DNA from: Cystobasidiomycetes sp. EMM_F5
Taxonomy: Eukaryota
Assembly (NCBI GenBank): GCA_051047955.1
Contig: JBPGPT010000032.1
Coordinates: 1-64,000 of the forward strand
Reading direction: 5' to 3'
DNA: 64,000 bases
The notes beneath the pieces were generated by a model, which made no database searches, was not told the origin of the DNA, and saw only the letters and a program-made list of their open reading frames with translations. Numbering within the stretch: position 1 is the first letter of the stretch; each line of letters starts with the position of its first letter. The position numbers and the translations under genes were made by a program. Positions 34,501 to 46,738 of this stretch are shown piece by piece.

Positions 34501-36886
34501 TTAGAGGTGCACAATCGGAATCTCCGCACTTGGCACGTCGGTCTCAGCGATGCGTGCCTGACCTGCTCGCATGACATACGGCGGTGGCCGGACGCCTGCT
34601 ACTTCAGCAGCAACCTGCAATGCCACGATGCGGGCAAAGAACCGATTCAAGCCCAAATCGCCGCCCTGTATCCAAAGATGGCTGTTGGAGGATGTCTGCT
34701 TCCATACTCCTCGAACTTCGCCTTCTTCCTGGGCGCATGCGAAAGTATTCAGAAGTAAGTACTGAGACAGTCACATCGCTACGATGTACTCACGTCTAGA
34801 CCCCAGACTGGCTCCAGGCGCTCCGCCAACTCGGAGCCAATGATGCTCGATAACTGCTTACGGACATCCTTCTCGTACCTGCTTTACTCCGTTAGTCATG
34901 GCCTAGATTTTCGAAGTGGTTGTCCCCACCCAGTACATAGACAAATGACGTCTGCTGCTAGTGATCCGCCATCTTTGAAATGAACGCGGTCTCCTCCGCA
35001 AGAGACAATGTCCGTGTCGGAAACAATCTTGATCTGTGGTATGTATGTAGATCAGACTTGGCGAATGACGCAGTTTTGCAGCATGCTGCAACGTCAAACT
35101 ACCTGTCCATTTGCAATCGCTGCACAACATCCTACATCAATGTAGTGCGAGCCGCCGCGTACCAGAGTCTGCTGCTGTATCGATCCTTCGCTGGTAAACT
35201 TCAGCCCCGCTTGTCGCAATTTTTCGTAGTAGGTCGGACTGGTTTCCCATAGCTGCATCAGCCACTTTCGCAGATGAGAACTACGGATGGTGTGGCTTAC
35301 TCCTCGGCGTCTCTGTACATCCCCAGGGCAGCAGACGTTATAGGAGCAGCTAGAGCAACAGGGTCTTCCTGTATAATGGTATCCGCTACTTCCACCGGTA
35401 GCACGTCGTTGTGTGTGGCATGTTGAAAGGCTTGAATATGGCTTTGTGGATACAGGCGAACTGGACCTCGCTGGATCATGGTAACATTAGCACCAGCTTG
35501 TGCAGCATCCAGGGCAATGTCGAAAGCGGTGGTACCAGAGCCAATAACGGCGACTTTTTGATTTGCCCAGCCAAGGTCTTTTGCCGAGGTGAAATGTGCT
35601 GAATGCAAGACTTGCCCGCAGAAGTCCGACTGCGTCTTAGAAGTCAGGATTGCTTCAGATCATAATAATTTGAACGAACTGACCGTCGAAAACGCAGGAA
35701 TCTTGGGTGTCCCACTAAATATACCGGCAGCATACACAATATTGCGAGCACGTACTTGCTCCCTGCCGTGTGGGCCATAGATCACAATGTGCCAGCTTTG
35801 CGACCGGGCATTCCACTCGGCTGCCGTGCAATCGCGGGAGCCAAAGATTAGAAGCTGCCTTTTTGTAGCATATTCTTGGTGGTACTTTGCTAGTAGTTCT
35901 GCGCTGAGGAAATCTGGCCAATCCACTGGTATCGGCTCAAACGGTAGTTGACTGTAACGCTTGACTGAGAGTGAACAGAAGTTTTTGGACGCTTCAGCTA
36001 GTTCCGAGACAGGATTTGAACTCGCATTGGCCATACCTGTATGCAACTTGGTAGCCTTGTAAGCTGACTTCCAGCTATCGCCAACGCTGCCCTCGCGACT
36101 GACAATAGCGAAATTCACCGCAAACGACTGCAAATGGGCTGCGACGGACAAACCTCCAGCACTACAGCAAGCAAAGTCAGTCATACGCTGCGTGAGATAG
36201 CAAAGACTGATCGAGGCTCACCCGCTCCCAATGATCAGGCAGTCGACTGCGGGAGGAAGGCGCGATTGGCCTTCGTGAGTTTTCCATTCTACCTGCTTGG
36301 GCAGCTTCTGTTTGGTACAGTCTAGTTCTTCCACGCTTGTCGTAATAGTCATGATTTTCAACGCTCCAGTTGCCAATTGGACGAGCTTCACAGCTGCCAC
36401 ACAAGTGGCATTAGGATATCGCGTTCTAAACGTGAACGGGGCGCGAACGACAGATATTCCATTAGGCAAAAGGGCCAAGACCACAAGACCCCGACACAGT
36501 GAGATTGAAGAAGGGACTGCTTGAGCGCGTCGGAGAATAACAGGGAGGTGAGAGCATAACGTCCTAGCCAGTTGAGTTTAGTATTTAGTGAACCCACATC
36601 CCAATACGGTTGGCAGCGAAGGAGCTCACGGGCTACTGTGAAACGTTCGCAAAGTGCCAGTCAATGCTAGCAAGTCTCGCCAAAACCCACCCTGCTGGTA
36701 ATGCCTCTTGATAGCGTTGATAGCCGTAGTAGCGTTGAATAGCGATGGGAGAATTTTGCCAATCTGCTCTGCCGCGGCTTCTGCATCTGATTGATCGACG
36801 AAAGATCTGAGAATCGACTTGTCTGGCCAACCTCCGGAGAGCTCATCGACGTGATTGATGGCCATTGATACGTGGTGCATGTCCAC
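34501..36886 (-). CDS. Flavin-containing monooxygenase (FMO/YUCCA-like), multi-exon
   Basis: FAD motif CLIIGSG..GL, VGDSWKSAY...KLHT, FMO signature FCGQVLHSAHF, NADPH motif VIGSGTTAFD and TMIQRGP. Confidence 0.88.
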
Positions 36887-37597
36887 AGGCGTTTACAAGC
36901 GAGGCCACCGTGTGTCGAGATGATTTGAGCACAGAAGAGAGAGAGCGTAGTGAGCCTGTCAGATGTGAATGCTACAGCCTCCAGCCGGCCTTGCACGCCT
37001 CGCGCCTCGATGCTCTGACGCCTCATTTTTTTGTCGTCCGGTCAGCTTCCTGAGGTATTCTAACGGTCGGAGCTTTCTGCGCACAACCGCGAGGCGCCCA
37101 TACCACATATCCATGCCTGTCAACGTAAGTGAAGCGGTACTGTATCAGAGGCGCAACGCTGTCAGAATTGGGAACTGGATCTTCGACAAATAAGGACGGT
37201 GTCGCAAGGGCTGAAGCGATTGTGCCAGCGCAGAGGCGTCGGCACGTATCTGTAAGTGATCATACTGCCCGCGTATGTCCGGCGACATTGCGTAGACATT
37301 ATGTTTACAAGTTCGCTGACGTGCAACTTGCAAGTGATACCAGGACACCAGGGCAGGCAGAAGCCCTTCAGTTGCATCATCCCAAATGACTGCCGAAACG
37401 CTTAACGAATGACCTGATTTATGTTCCCACGGTACACAACAGCCCTATTACGTTTTGTTCGCTTGCAGGCTCTCGCCATATCCAATCAAACTGTACATAG
37501 GCTTGGCGAAAAGAAGAATTATCCACCCTTCGAACAGATAAGACGAAGAACTGAGATGAAATTGCCGCATCCTCGGTGGTGTAGTTGACGCGCACCG

Positions 37598-39760
37598 TCA
37601 CACTCCTTGTATCGCTGGCTTCTTTCGCTCGGGAATTCTAAACAAGGCAACGTTAGGAACGCAATCCGGAGCTGGCGACAACCCTACTTACGTCCTCACA
37701 CTCGTACCCTCGCTCTCAAGCTCATGTCTCATAAGTTCGTCGGCCTCTTTGCCCCCATCCTCTTCGTCTGATTCACGATCTCCATACTTCTCTTCAGCTT
37801 GTGAACCTCGTGCGGCGGATTCTCCGAATGTGCTCAATCCAAACGTGCTTTTTGGGCGAATACCGTCGACAGAGAGTCGTGATGCCGTCGCTTGCGGCGT
37901 CTTGGTTCCGTCATCGTTCTCGCCCGACGATCCAGAATCATTGGTCGGAAACTCGGGCTTTCGCATCATGTTCCGGAAGGCATCACCTATAATTGCAGCA
38001 TCATTCGGAGCAATAGCACTTGACCCAATTGAGCGGATCGATGGCTTTTGAGGAAGGAAATGCTCTCGTGATGTTGTCGTAGGCCCTCGCGCGATATCAT
38101 CGCTAGAGTAGGACGCACTTCGCGGTGTAATGCTCCGCCTGCTCAAGATGCCTGCAAGACCTCCAGCCGCCACGCTGCCTGCTAGCACTGCAGGTAATGG
38201 GGAAGCAGGTGTTACGCTAGTTCTTCCAGCTGAACCACTACCTATCGCACTGTATGGGCCAGCTGAACTGCTGCCGGTACTGATGGGTCGGGCTCGATCA
38301 GACATAAGCGGTCGGCCATCAGAGTCTCGTCCGTTATCGCTTGCCGGCGCATCCGCCGCAGCCACCATGCCAGTGTCCAGACTCTGACCTCTCGGCCCGG
38401 TCAAACCTTCGCCAGCAGCAATGTATCGCTCTTCCCGCTTCCTTCGCATACTACGTAGACAGAACCACATGCCAATCAAGGCTGATAACAGGGCGAGAGC
38501 TCCGAAGATGGCAATGAGAGCGATCGCCCAAGCAGGAACGCTATTCTTACTTCCATCGCCCTGCAGCGATGAAGGATTTCTCGAAGAGCTGGAAGTCGAG
38601 GTCTGAGGGACGGTGGGCGTCGGCGTCGGAATCAGGCGACCATTGGACAGGGATGGCGATCCCGTATATCCTGCACGTGTGGTATATATTGTCTGACCAT
38701 TAGCATCTGTACTAATCGGGACAACTCCTGCCGCGTTCAAGCTGGACAAAACTGCTTGCGCGCTGAGAGAACTGGCTATCGAGGATGCTGCCGCTGCGTC
38801 CGTACCGGTTGCAGTCGCAGCTATCGCAGCGGCAGAAGCTGATGCAGCTGACGCAAGTGAAGCCAGGAGTGTAGATGGTGGTGAGGTCTGCACAGCGGCA
38901 AATGTGGCTTGATGTAGTGCGCCGGCATTGGGGTTGCCGCCAGCTGTCGCCACGACAAAAAAGTAAGACTCGGTTGCACTTTGCCCGGCACTCCATGTAG
39001 ATCTCGGCGGAAACCAGGCGTCATTGATTCTGAAAGAGCAGTGCTCAGTATGAGTGTGCGGACAAGGGGCATGGATGCGATATACTGAAAGCCTATCGAC
39101 CCTCTTGCATTTGGTAGATTCTTCCATTGCAAGACTGACGTCTCGGTGCCAGCGTTGAATAGATACACGTCTATGTTGCCAGATCCGATGGATACCGGGT
39201 AATTGGCATTCCTGGATGTATTTCGCGTAAGGTGGTATACGGATCGCCGTCTTTGCTCTTTGCGCACAGACTCACCAAATAAATTTGCTGTACGCGTCCT
39301 CGTTCAGTGATGTCCCGCTTTGTGGGTAGCACGAGAGTACATCGTTTCCCACATCGTTGCATGCTGGATCTGCGGTGGATCCTTGTTAGTCGGATGTATC
39401 GTCATTGAACAAGTTTCAGTTAATCGCACATCCAGCGGCAACATTCCCAGTCCCGGCGCCCTGCCTGCGAACGACGGGTCGAGTATTTGACGTTTTATTG
39501 CCTGTGTGCTCTCTCATTTCCACTGAATGAAGTGCTTCGGGGTCTCGACATTGTATCCTCAATGGCGGCCGATAGACCGCAGTTTCGCGTACAGAGGTCG
39601 ACGATATCCTCGACGTCGCGTAGGTTGACCCGCCAGTCTTAGCTCGCGCACCATCGCGCGGTGTGACGTTTCCTCTGTCGTTGATGAGCAGTCGCAGCGG
39701 TCTCGCCGTCACTGTTTTCGCGTCCATTGCCTGTACGGCCAGTGCGGCGGCCTCCAGCAT
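37598..39760 (-). CDS. Single-pass cell-surface protein (Ser/Thr/Ala-rich ectodomain, Mid2/SKG6-like topology)
   Basis: Cys-containing ectodomain exon (CNDVGNDVLSCYP), S/T/A-rich stalk, transmembrane segment VPAWAIALIAIFGALALLSALIGMWFCL followed by RRKR, and a disordered tail. Start codon uncertain. Confidence 0.7.
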
Positions 39761-40172
39761 GCCAGCAGTAGCAGATCAGCGCATGCACGGCTCCAACATG
39801 GGCGTCTACAGTGGCAGACCACTCTCCGAGTCCAAGTAGCAGAGGGCGCTCTTGGCTTCCTCCCAGCCCTTCTGCGCGTCTCTCGTGCTGGCAGATTGGG
39901 CACTCTGATGTCGTTTGACCGAGCGTATAGGCTCGTGCGGGCGGCCTCCGAGCACAAACAAGAGATGGCTTGGGCTGGACAAACATGGCACTGCGCTCCA
40001 TTGTCGAGTCGGCGGGTCCCAGACATTGCGGGGCTCCTTGATTTGCCCTGCGCCAGCCCTTTTGGAGATATCGCTTCGAGTTGTCAAAGGACAGAATGAT
40101 AGCATGCACACAATGGAAATGGCTACACTTGACACGACATAGACATTCCTGACTTCACCCCACCCTCTCCAG

Positions 40173-41919
40173 TCACGTCATGGGCAAGAGCTCTTCGCTA
40201 TTCACATTCGCCAGCGGGTCTTCAATGTTTCCTCGGCTCTTCTTGCGGCGGTACTCCTCCATGTCACTCTCCGTCACCACGCCATCGTCCTGTTTTCGCT
40301 TCCCACTGCTTGCCAGCTTGTCATCGTACTCTTTCCTCTCCCGCTCTCGCTCTTCTGCCGTCTTTGAGGCATGCATTTCAGCCATCGACTTGCCAGGCGC
40401 TGAAGTGGCAGTTGGCGCTGGCATGAGTATTCGACCTCCACCTGCAGCTTCTTCCCTTTCTGCGTCGATACCGGCTTGACCTGCGCAGTAGGATCCCTTG
40501 ATGTAGGAATGACAGCACCGATATCCCCAGCGATGCGTAGCCAGATCAAACCACGATCCCCACACGGATTTGTGATTGCCGGGAAACACATCCTCGTCGT
40601 ACTTGCTACGCGCTTTGATTGTTTCTTGGCCTTTGACAAGCTGTCCAGACCGACTGTATTCGACATAGTTTTCCGTTTGCCCAGCAAGCAGTTCCTTCGG
40701 TACCCGCTGAAGGTGCTCCTCTCCGCCATATCGATCGAGGATGCTCGTCTTGGAGGTATCCTTGAGCTTGTCCTTCTTTTGCAGATACTCTTTGTACACC
40801 GCCGCAGCCGCAGTAGGATTTGACAGAGCGTGCACGTCGTGCCCGCGCTGTTCAGACTGCCATGCAAAAAGCTGCAAGCGCTGCATCTCTTGCGCGTCTC
40901 CGCTGTGCCGCACGAAATTCTCGCCGTGAAATGCTGCGTCACCTTTGTCTGGATTTGGCGCTTCACGCATCGATCGCGTCTTTGGGTCGTAGTATGCAGA
41001 GTCGACATCGAGGTTGAGCAGGTATTTCGCAGTATCTTCTCGGATACGCAAATTCCGGACGGTGATACGTGTCTTGGTGTCGACTTTTTGACCGACAGCA
41101 TCAGCACCCTCGGCATACCGTTCTTCTTCATCGTCTGCACTCTCGTCTGAACTGCCGAAATCGTCATTATCCTCGTCCTTCTTCTTTTGCTTCTTCTTTC
41201 CCACTTTAGCTACCTTTTCGACCGTCTTGATGTCGGTAGTCTTGTCAATCTCCTCTTCTCTCAGCTGCCGCCTCGCTTCCTCCAGCGCCTGATGCTCCTC
41301 GATGACCTTGCTGTACATTGCCGGATCATAGCCGTCCCATCGGTCTCTCTTCGCATCAAAGTCGTCGACACGCTTGGCAACAGCCATCTCGTCTGCGGCA
41401 AAGTCCTTTCCAGAAAACTTTGCTCCAATCTTACGAGGCCGTTCCAAGCAGTCCTTGACACTGTGCATTGCGCCACAATTCGGGCATGCTCCCTTGCGAT
41501 ATTTCGTGACGGCTTGCACATGTGCCTTTCCTCCACGGTCATATCTACTGTCAAGCTTGCTGGGATCCGCATTGTAGACTTTGGTATTCTTGTGGTGACT
41601 CAGCGAAGGTCCGACACCGGTGTCCATATACCAGGGCGCCTGTGCCATAAATTCTGCAAGACGGAGGTTTGCGTACACGGCAACTGAATACGAGAAATGA
41701 CATGCTAGAGCAGGAATACTGCACTTACGTGGAATATGCGGATTGATGGACTTTCCGGTGGCTGCATCTACTTCAGGCATAGCTGTACCGGCCTTACGAG
41801 CGGCATCGAGGTCCTGGAGTGAAAGTTGAGCATCCGCACTGCACAGCTGGGTCTGCCATGCTCACCTTCTGCCTGCGAAACTCTTCCTTGGACATTTTGC
41901 CCATCTGCGCAGACGCCAT
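40173..41919 (-). CDS. SLU7: Pre-mRNA splicing factor SLU7
   Basis: INPHIP-EFMAQAPWY, zinc knuckle RKGACPNCGAMHSVKDCLERPRK, DAKRDRWDGYD and VRNLRIREDTAKYL...YYDPKTRSMR. Confidence 0.96.
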
Positions 41920-42146
41920 GTTGGGCTATCTGACAGTCGTCCTCACTTTGAGAGCCAGACAGAATTGGCTATCGACAGCCTCAGTGACTTGCTGTTAGAT
42001 TGTCGGCAGATGGGTGTCTGCAGACAGACTCGAGACTGCGAATTGGACAAGAGCCATCCGATCGCCCTCCTCAGCTCGCAGGGGTTCGTTACAGTCTCTG
42101 TGACGAGCTCCGACAACACGAAAGACTGCGAGAGCTGCGACACAGC

Positions 42147-43410
42147 ATGTACAGAGCATCTCTAGCCCGAGTAGCCAGACAGGCTGCAAGCAGGCCGTCT
42201 GCGCTGCCGGTGGTCCAGCGAAGAGCGGCTTCATCCGTAACGGAAGCTGCAAAGGATGCGGCCAACAAGGTGGGCGGTAAAGACTTTGAGCCCAGAGACA
42301 TGGTTTTGTCGGCTCTTGCGACGGCGGGGCAAGACGCAGGCTCACCATCTGCTTTCTCGTTGGACTGTATCTAGATCAAGGACGCTGCGGCCGAAGTCAA
42401 TCCAGTCGGGCACCACAAGCCAAGCTCGGACGTACCTTGGGCGGTGAGTCGTACTGTTACAGTGCTGTCTGCCATATCAACCTGCAACTGATGACTTGCA
42501 CATGCGAACTCGCAGGTTGGTCACGCTTTTTATCGTACAATCTGCCTGCCCCACAAGCTAGAGATTGATTGACGTCTGGTGCTTGTATAGGTCGGCAGTC
42601 TGCTGGTATTCGCTCCCTTGCTTTTCTACATGTATGTGCTTGTGGCATAGCGACAATCTAGCGACAGCAACCCGCTCATTGTACTCGCAGGACCTCACCA
42701 CCTTCAAAGGATCATCACCACGTCGAAAAGCCCAGCAAGCGCAGATACGAAGTGCGCATGCCCGATCCTAATGCACCTCACTACAAGATACCAGAGGACA
42801 AGCAGGATATTGCTGGGGAAGGTGTCGGTCCAGGCGAGAATGATCACGCCTTGAAGGCAATGGCAGAAGACAACGAGCACAAGGAAATGTCACAAAAGAG
42901 CCCAGAAGGTGAAGGTAACTCTGATAACTATGCTGCTGCTCCTGGCCTGAAGGGTGTGTCATGCTGTATTTGACTGCATACGAAGATGCAGCTGATCAAT
43001 ACTGTTTTGCAACAGGCAACGCCGACAAGTTCAAGGCCGCCTGTGAGTCACTGTGGAAAGCTGCGTCTAAGTCTCTCACTAACTGAAGGTATCCCTCAGC
43101 CCGCGCACAAACTCAGCTCTTCCAGGAAGGTGGAGGTGAAGCTCTCCGTAATCCGAAGTTGGCTACTGTAAGCATATCTTCAGTATTGTGTGTGATGCGT
43201 TCTCGTCTGATTGAAAATCTCCGTCGCCTGACAACGCAGCAACTTGGCCGTGAAGCCGCTGCTGATAATTCTCCACGTGGAGGAAAGGAGGGGCATGGCG
43301 ATACCGATACACCATCTTCAGTCAAGGATAAGGTCGGAGAGAAGTTGACGGAGAAGCGGGAGGATGATAGGGAGAAGGGAAAAACAGAGGACGACGATGC
43401 GGAGAAGTAG
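42147..43410 (+). CDS. Uncharacterised, probably mitochondrial single-TM protein with hydrophilic tail; many small exons
   Basis: Arg/Ala-rich presequence MYRASLARVARQAASRPSALPVVQRRAAS, spliced transmembrane region SSDVPWAVGSLLVFAPLLFYM, and a charged C-terminus. Confidence 0.7.
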
Positions 43411-43422
43411 CGTAGCGTACAA

Positions 43423-43474
43423 TTGCGCATAACGAGGTCAGACTCTTGCGCATAACGAGGTCAGACTCTTGCGC
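43423..43474. repeat. Perfect 23-bp tandem duplication
   Basis: TTGCGCATAACGAGGTCAGACTC twice plus TTGCGC, just after the stop codon at 43410. Confidence 0.95.
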
Positions 43475-43675
43475 GCCCAGTAGAATCCACAATAGCCCAG
43501 AGCGTGCGCATTTACTTGCAAAGAGGTTGATGCGTGCGCCTGCTGTCGTGTCTTGACAATCTGAATGCTGTGATGTGATCAAGTAAAGATAGCGACTGCA
43601 CAGCCAATTTGTCCGCTTTCATCTGTAACCATACCCAATACTGGAGCGACTCGACACGAGCTCACCATCACCACC

Positions 43676-46515
43676 ATGGGCGGTGGTGCTCAGTCGCCAA
43701 GTGGCTTCACTGATGATGCAGCAGCTGGCGTCAGGACCGAGTCGCTCTCAAGCGACCCGGATATCGTAAACGTCATCAACGAGGTGCTAACTTCAGCTGT
43801 AACGCCTGCTGCTGGCAAGTTTCCGCAGCTCGTATACACCAAGAGCAAGGTATACATCCATCCGACATCCTACTCGCGCGACAATCTGCCCGGCTGGATT
43901 ACCATTGTGAAACGTGGCAAAGGCGACTATCTTCTGTCATGGATTCCGGAATCTCTCGTCAGGCAGGAGCAGCGCGAACGATACGTCAAAGTTGAAGTGG
44001 ATCAGGATGGGAGTGTGCAAAGTGCAGACGGTGAGTCTCACAGAGTCCAATCTTTTCGGCGGTGGAGACTCCCTGACGCTTCTATGGACTGATAACGTTT
44101 TACAGCTGCTGAGGACGAAGACGTCCTTCCATCTACACTTGGAAACTCGCAAGCGTGGAGTGTACCTCTCTCTGCCATCTATTCCCTTGTGGTGCGACCC
44201 CCCACTTTGGCAAATTGGTACGGTCGGGTTCATGTTTATGTCACGGAAGCATACCTTCAAAACACAGAAAATGTGGGAGATAACGCAAACAACGCAACTG
44301 CTTCCGCATCAATCCATGTGCCAACCCTGCCCTTGTTCTTCCACGACGACGAATCGCCGTCAACCATGTTTTTGATGGACCGACGTTCAGCTGCACTAGC
44401 TTCCAGAGAGAATGATGCTGGACTAGCGGCTGTCACTGCTGGTGGAGCAGGTATCGGGAGCGGAGTCGGTCTCGGAACAAGGCTACCATCATCCTGGGGA
44501 GGCGAGAATCTCATTGTTGCTTTGCGCAAATACGCCAACGTTGTCAAGAGCTCCTTGCAACCTAGTCTGTACCTCGTCAACCCATCACAATCAGATCTCG
44601 AAGTACATTCGGTCCCATTGTTCGACGATGATCCGCCCGATCCCAGGTTGCAGCGTCGTAGTCAAGCTCAAGGCACATCACACGCCTCGACAAAGCCTAC
44701 CTCCATCCTTCATCAGTCTCTGTCTCCTCAGGCGTCGGCTAGCAGTAGTGAGGCACTGCCATCGTTAGACGATCTTACTTTCAACGTTATGGCCTCCTTT
44801 TCCCGGCTTACAAACCGCGCCAAGAAGCAGGCGCAGAGCATCGCACAACCGATTCTCGCTCATCCGCTCAGTAAACCCATACTTAAGCATCTCCCGCCTC
44901 CTATCGCCAGTCTTGCGAACGCTGATGCCCCTGAATACACGAGCTGGGCGGATAAAGCTGGAGTCGGTGGTTACGACGCAGCTAGGGTGTATCTCGCTCG
45001 ATGGGCTCGTGTCGTTGCAGAGGAAGGAGAGAAGGCTAGAAAGTCGGAAATGAGCTTCACTGGCGGCGGATTGGATCAGGATGGACTAGCTTCGGCCTCT
45101 TCTTCTAGCAAGGGCAAGGGAAATGCTGGCGTTGACAACGAAATCGGCGGGCCTTTCGAGGTACTTGCCACGACTTACAGGATCCCTAGACCGCGTACGA
45201 CTCGTGCGCAGAGCAGGCAACCCATTGTTTTGAGCGAATGGAACGCTTGGTTTGACTCGGAAACAGGAAAGATACAGTTGACTCCTGAGGAAGCCAAGAA
45301 ACGCATCTTTCAGCGTGGACTCTCGGCCGACGATACTGTCCGCAAGGAAGCCTGGCCATTTTTGCTCAACGTGTACGAATGGGATACCACCAGTGCGGAA
45401 CGAGAAGCAGAGTATATTAGAAAGAAGCGCAAATATGAAGAATTACGGGCAGCTTGGTTTGGCAAGCGAGATGTCACTACGACGGAAGATTTCATTGAGG
45501 AGCACCATCGCATTCAGATCGACTGCCTACGCACAGATCGAACCCAGCCGATGTTTGCAAGTCATGCCGATGCCCCCATTGGCAGTCGACAAGACCTCAT
45601 CGACATGCAAAATGCGCATATGGCGGAAAGTGCGATTGACCCGTCGCTGCGCGGCGGAGATTCCGGTGGACACCCGCCGAGCAACTACCACGTCCAGAAG
45701 ATGGTCGAGATTTTGCTCACTTACAACGTTTGGGAGACTGAGCTGGGGTATGTGCAAGGTATGAGCGATTTGTGCAGTCCTCTGTATGTCACTCTGGATG
45801 GCGATGAGACGCTAGTATTTTGGAGTTTCGTGAATCTCATGGAGCGCAGGATGGTGAGCATCGTGACTTACTGCTCTGGATTACGCTGACTCGGGCTGTT
45901 GTAACGCAGAAACCCAATTTCTATCGCGATCAAAGCGGTATGAAACGACAGCTTACTGTATTGCAACAGTTGTTGGCCGTTATGGATCCGCAACTCTACC
46001 AGCATTTGGAAAAGACAGACTCTCTCAACCTGTTCTTCTGCTTCCGGTGGATACTAATCGCATTCAAGCGCGAGTTCAAATTCGAAGATACAGTGGCGAT
46101 TTGGGAGGCAATGTGGTCGGCTCCGACCGAGAAGTTTCACATCTTTCTGGCTCTGTCTATCTTGGAGAATCATCGCGGCGTCATCATCCGATATTTGCAG
46201 GAATTTGACGAAGTGCTCAAGTATATAAACGAGCTGTCCCAAACGCTCGATCCTCAGCCTTTGCTGAGCCAGGCAGAGGTGCTCTACCTGGGCTTCCGCA
46301 GCCTAGTTGAGGCGACTGATCGACGTACAGCGACAAACGCCGCTCAAGGACCATCTAGCGAAGGTCTTCGACAGAGAAAGGTTTCTCCCGGCCCGAGTAA
46401 AGTCAAGCCTACGGATGATACCGACCCGCTCGTCAAATTGGTAAAGGACGAAGCAGATGCCGAGGCAAAAGTGCCAGACCTGATTATTAGTAAGGAGCTG
46501 CGGGAGCTACTTTGA
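43676..46515 (+). CDS. GYP7: Rab GTPase-activating protein (TBC domain), Gyp7/TBC1D15-like
   Basis: VYTKSKVYIHPT N-terminal domain, RIFQRGL...RKEAWPFLL, IQIDCLRTDR (Arg finger), LGYVQGMSDL (Gln finger) and FCFRWILIAFKREF. Confidence 0.93.
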
Positions 46516-46738
46516 CGCTGCAGAAGATCCTAAGCGTGGTTGCTTTCGAGCCTTCGTACCCAAATGTAGCGTCCATGTACAATTGGTCTAGGTGTACGAT
46601 TTACATGTTGGTGGTCATACTTGTGCATTAAGCTGTTTCAAGGACTTAACGCGTAAGTTCCTTGGATGACGCGCAAGTGCCGGGCGATTCGGGGTTGATT
46701 TGCCCACCAATCTGCTCTGCTGTCGTCCACCAGTCAGG

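Noticed and set aside
40274..41167. 297-aa alternate-frame ORF overlapping SLU7, and similar long overlapping ORFs over POB3, importin and GYP7
   Set aside because: No recognisable motifs; expected by-products of codon bias in real coding exons.
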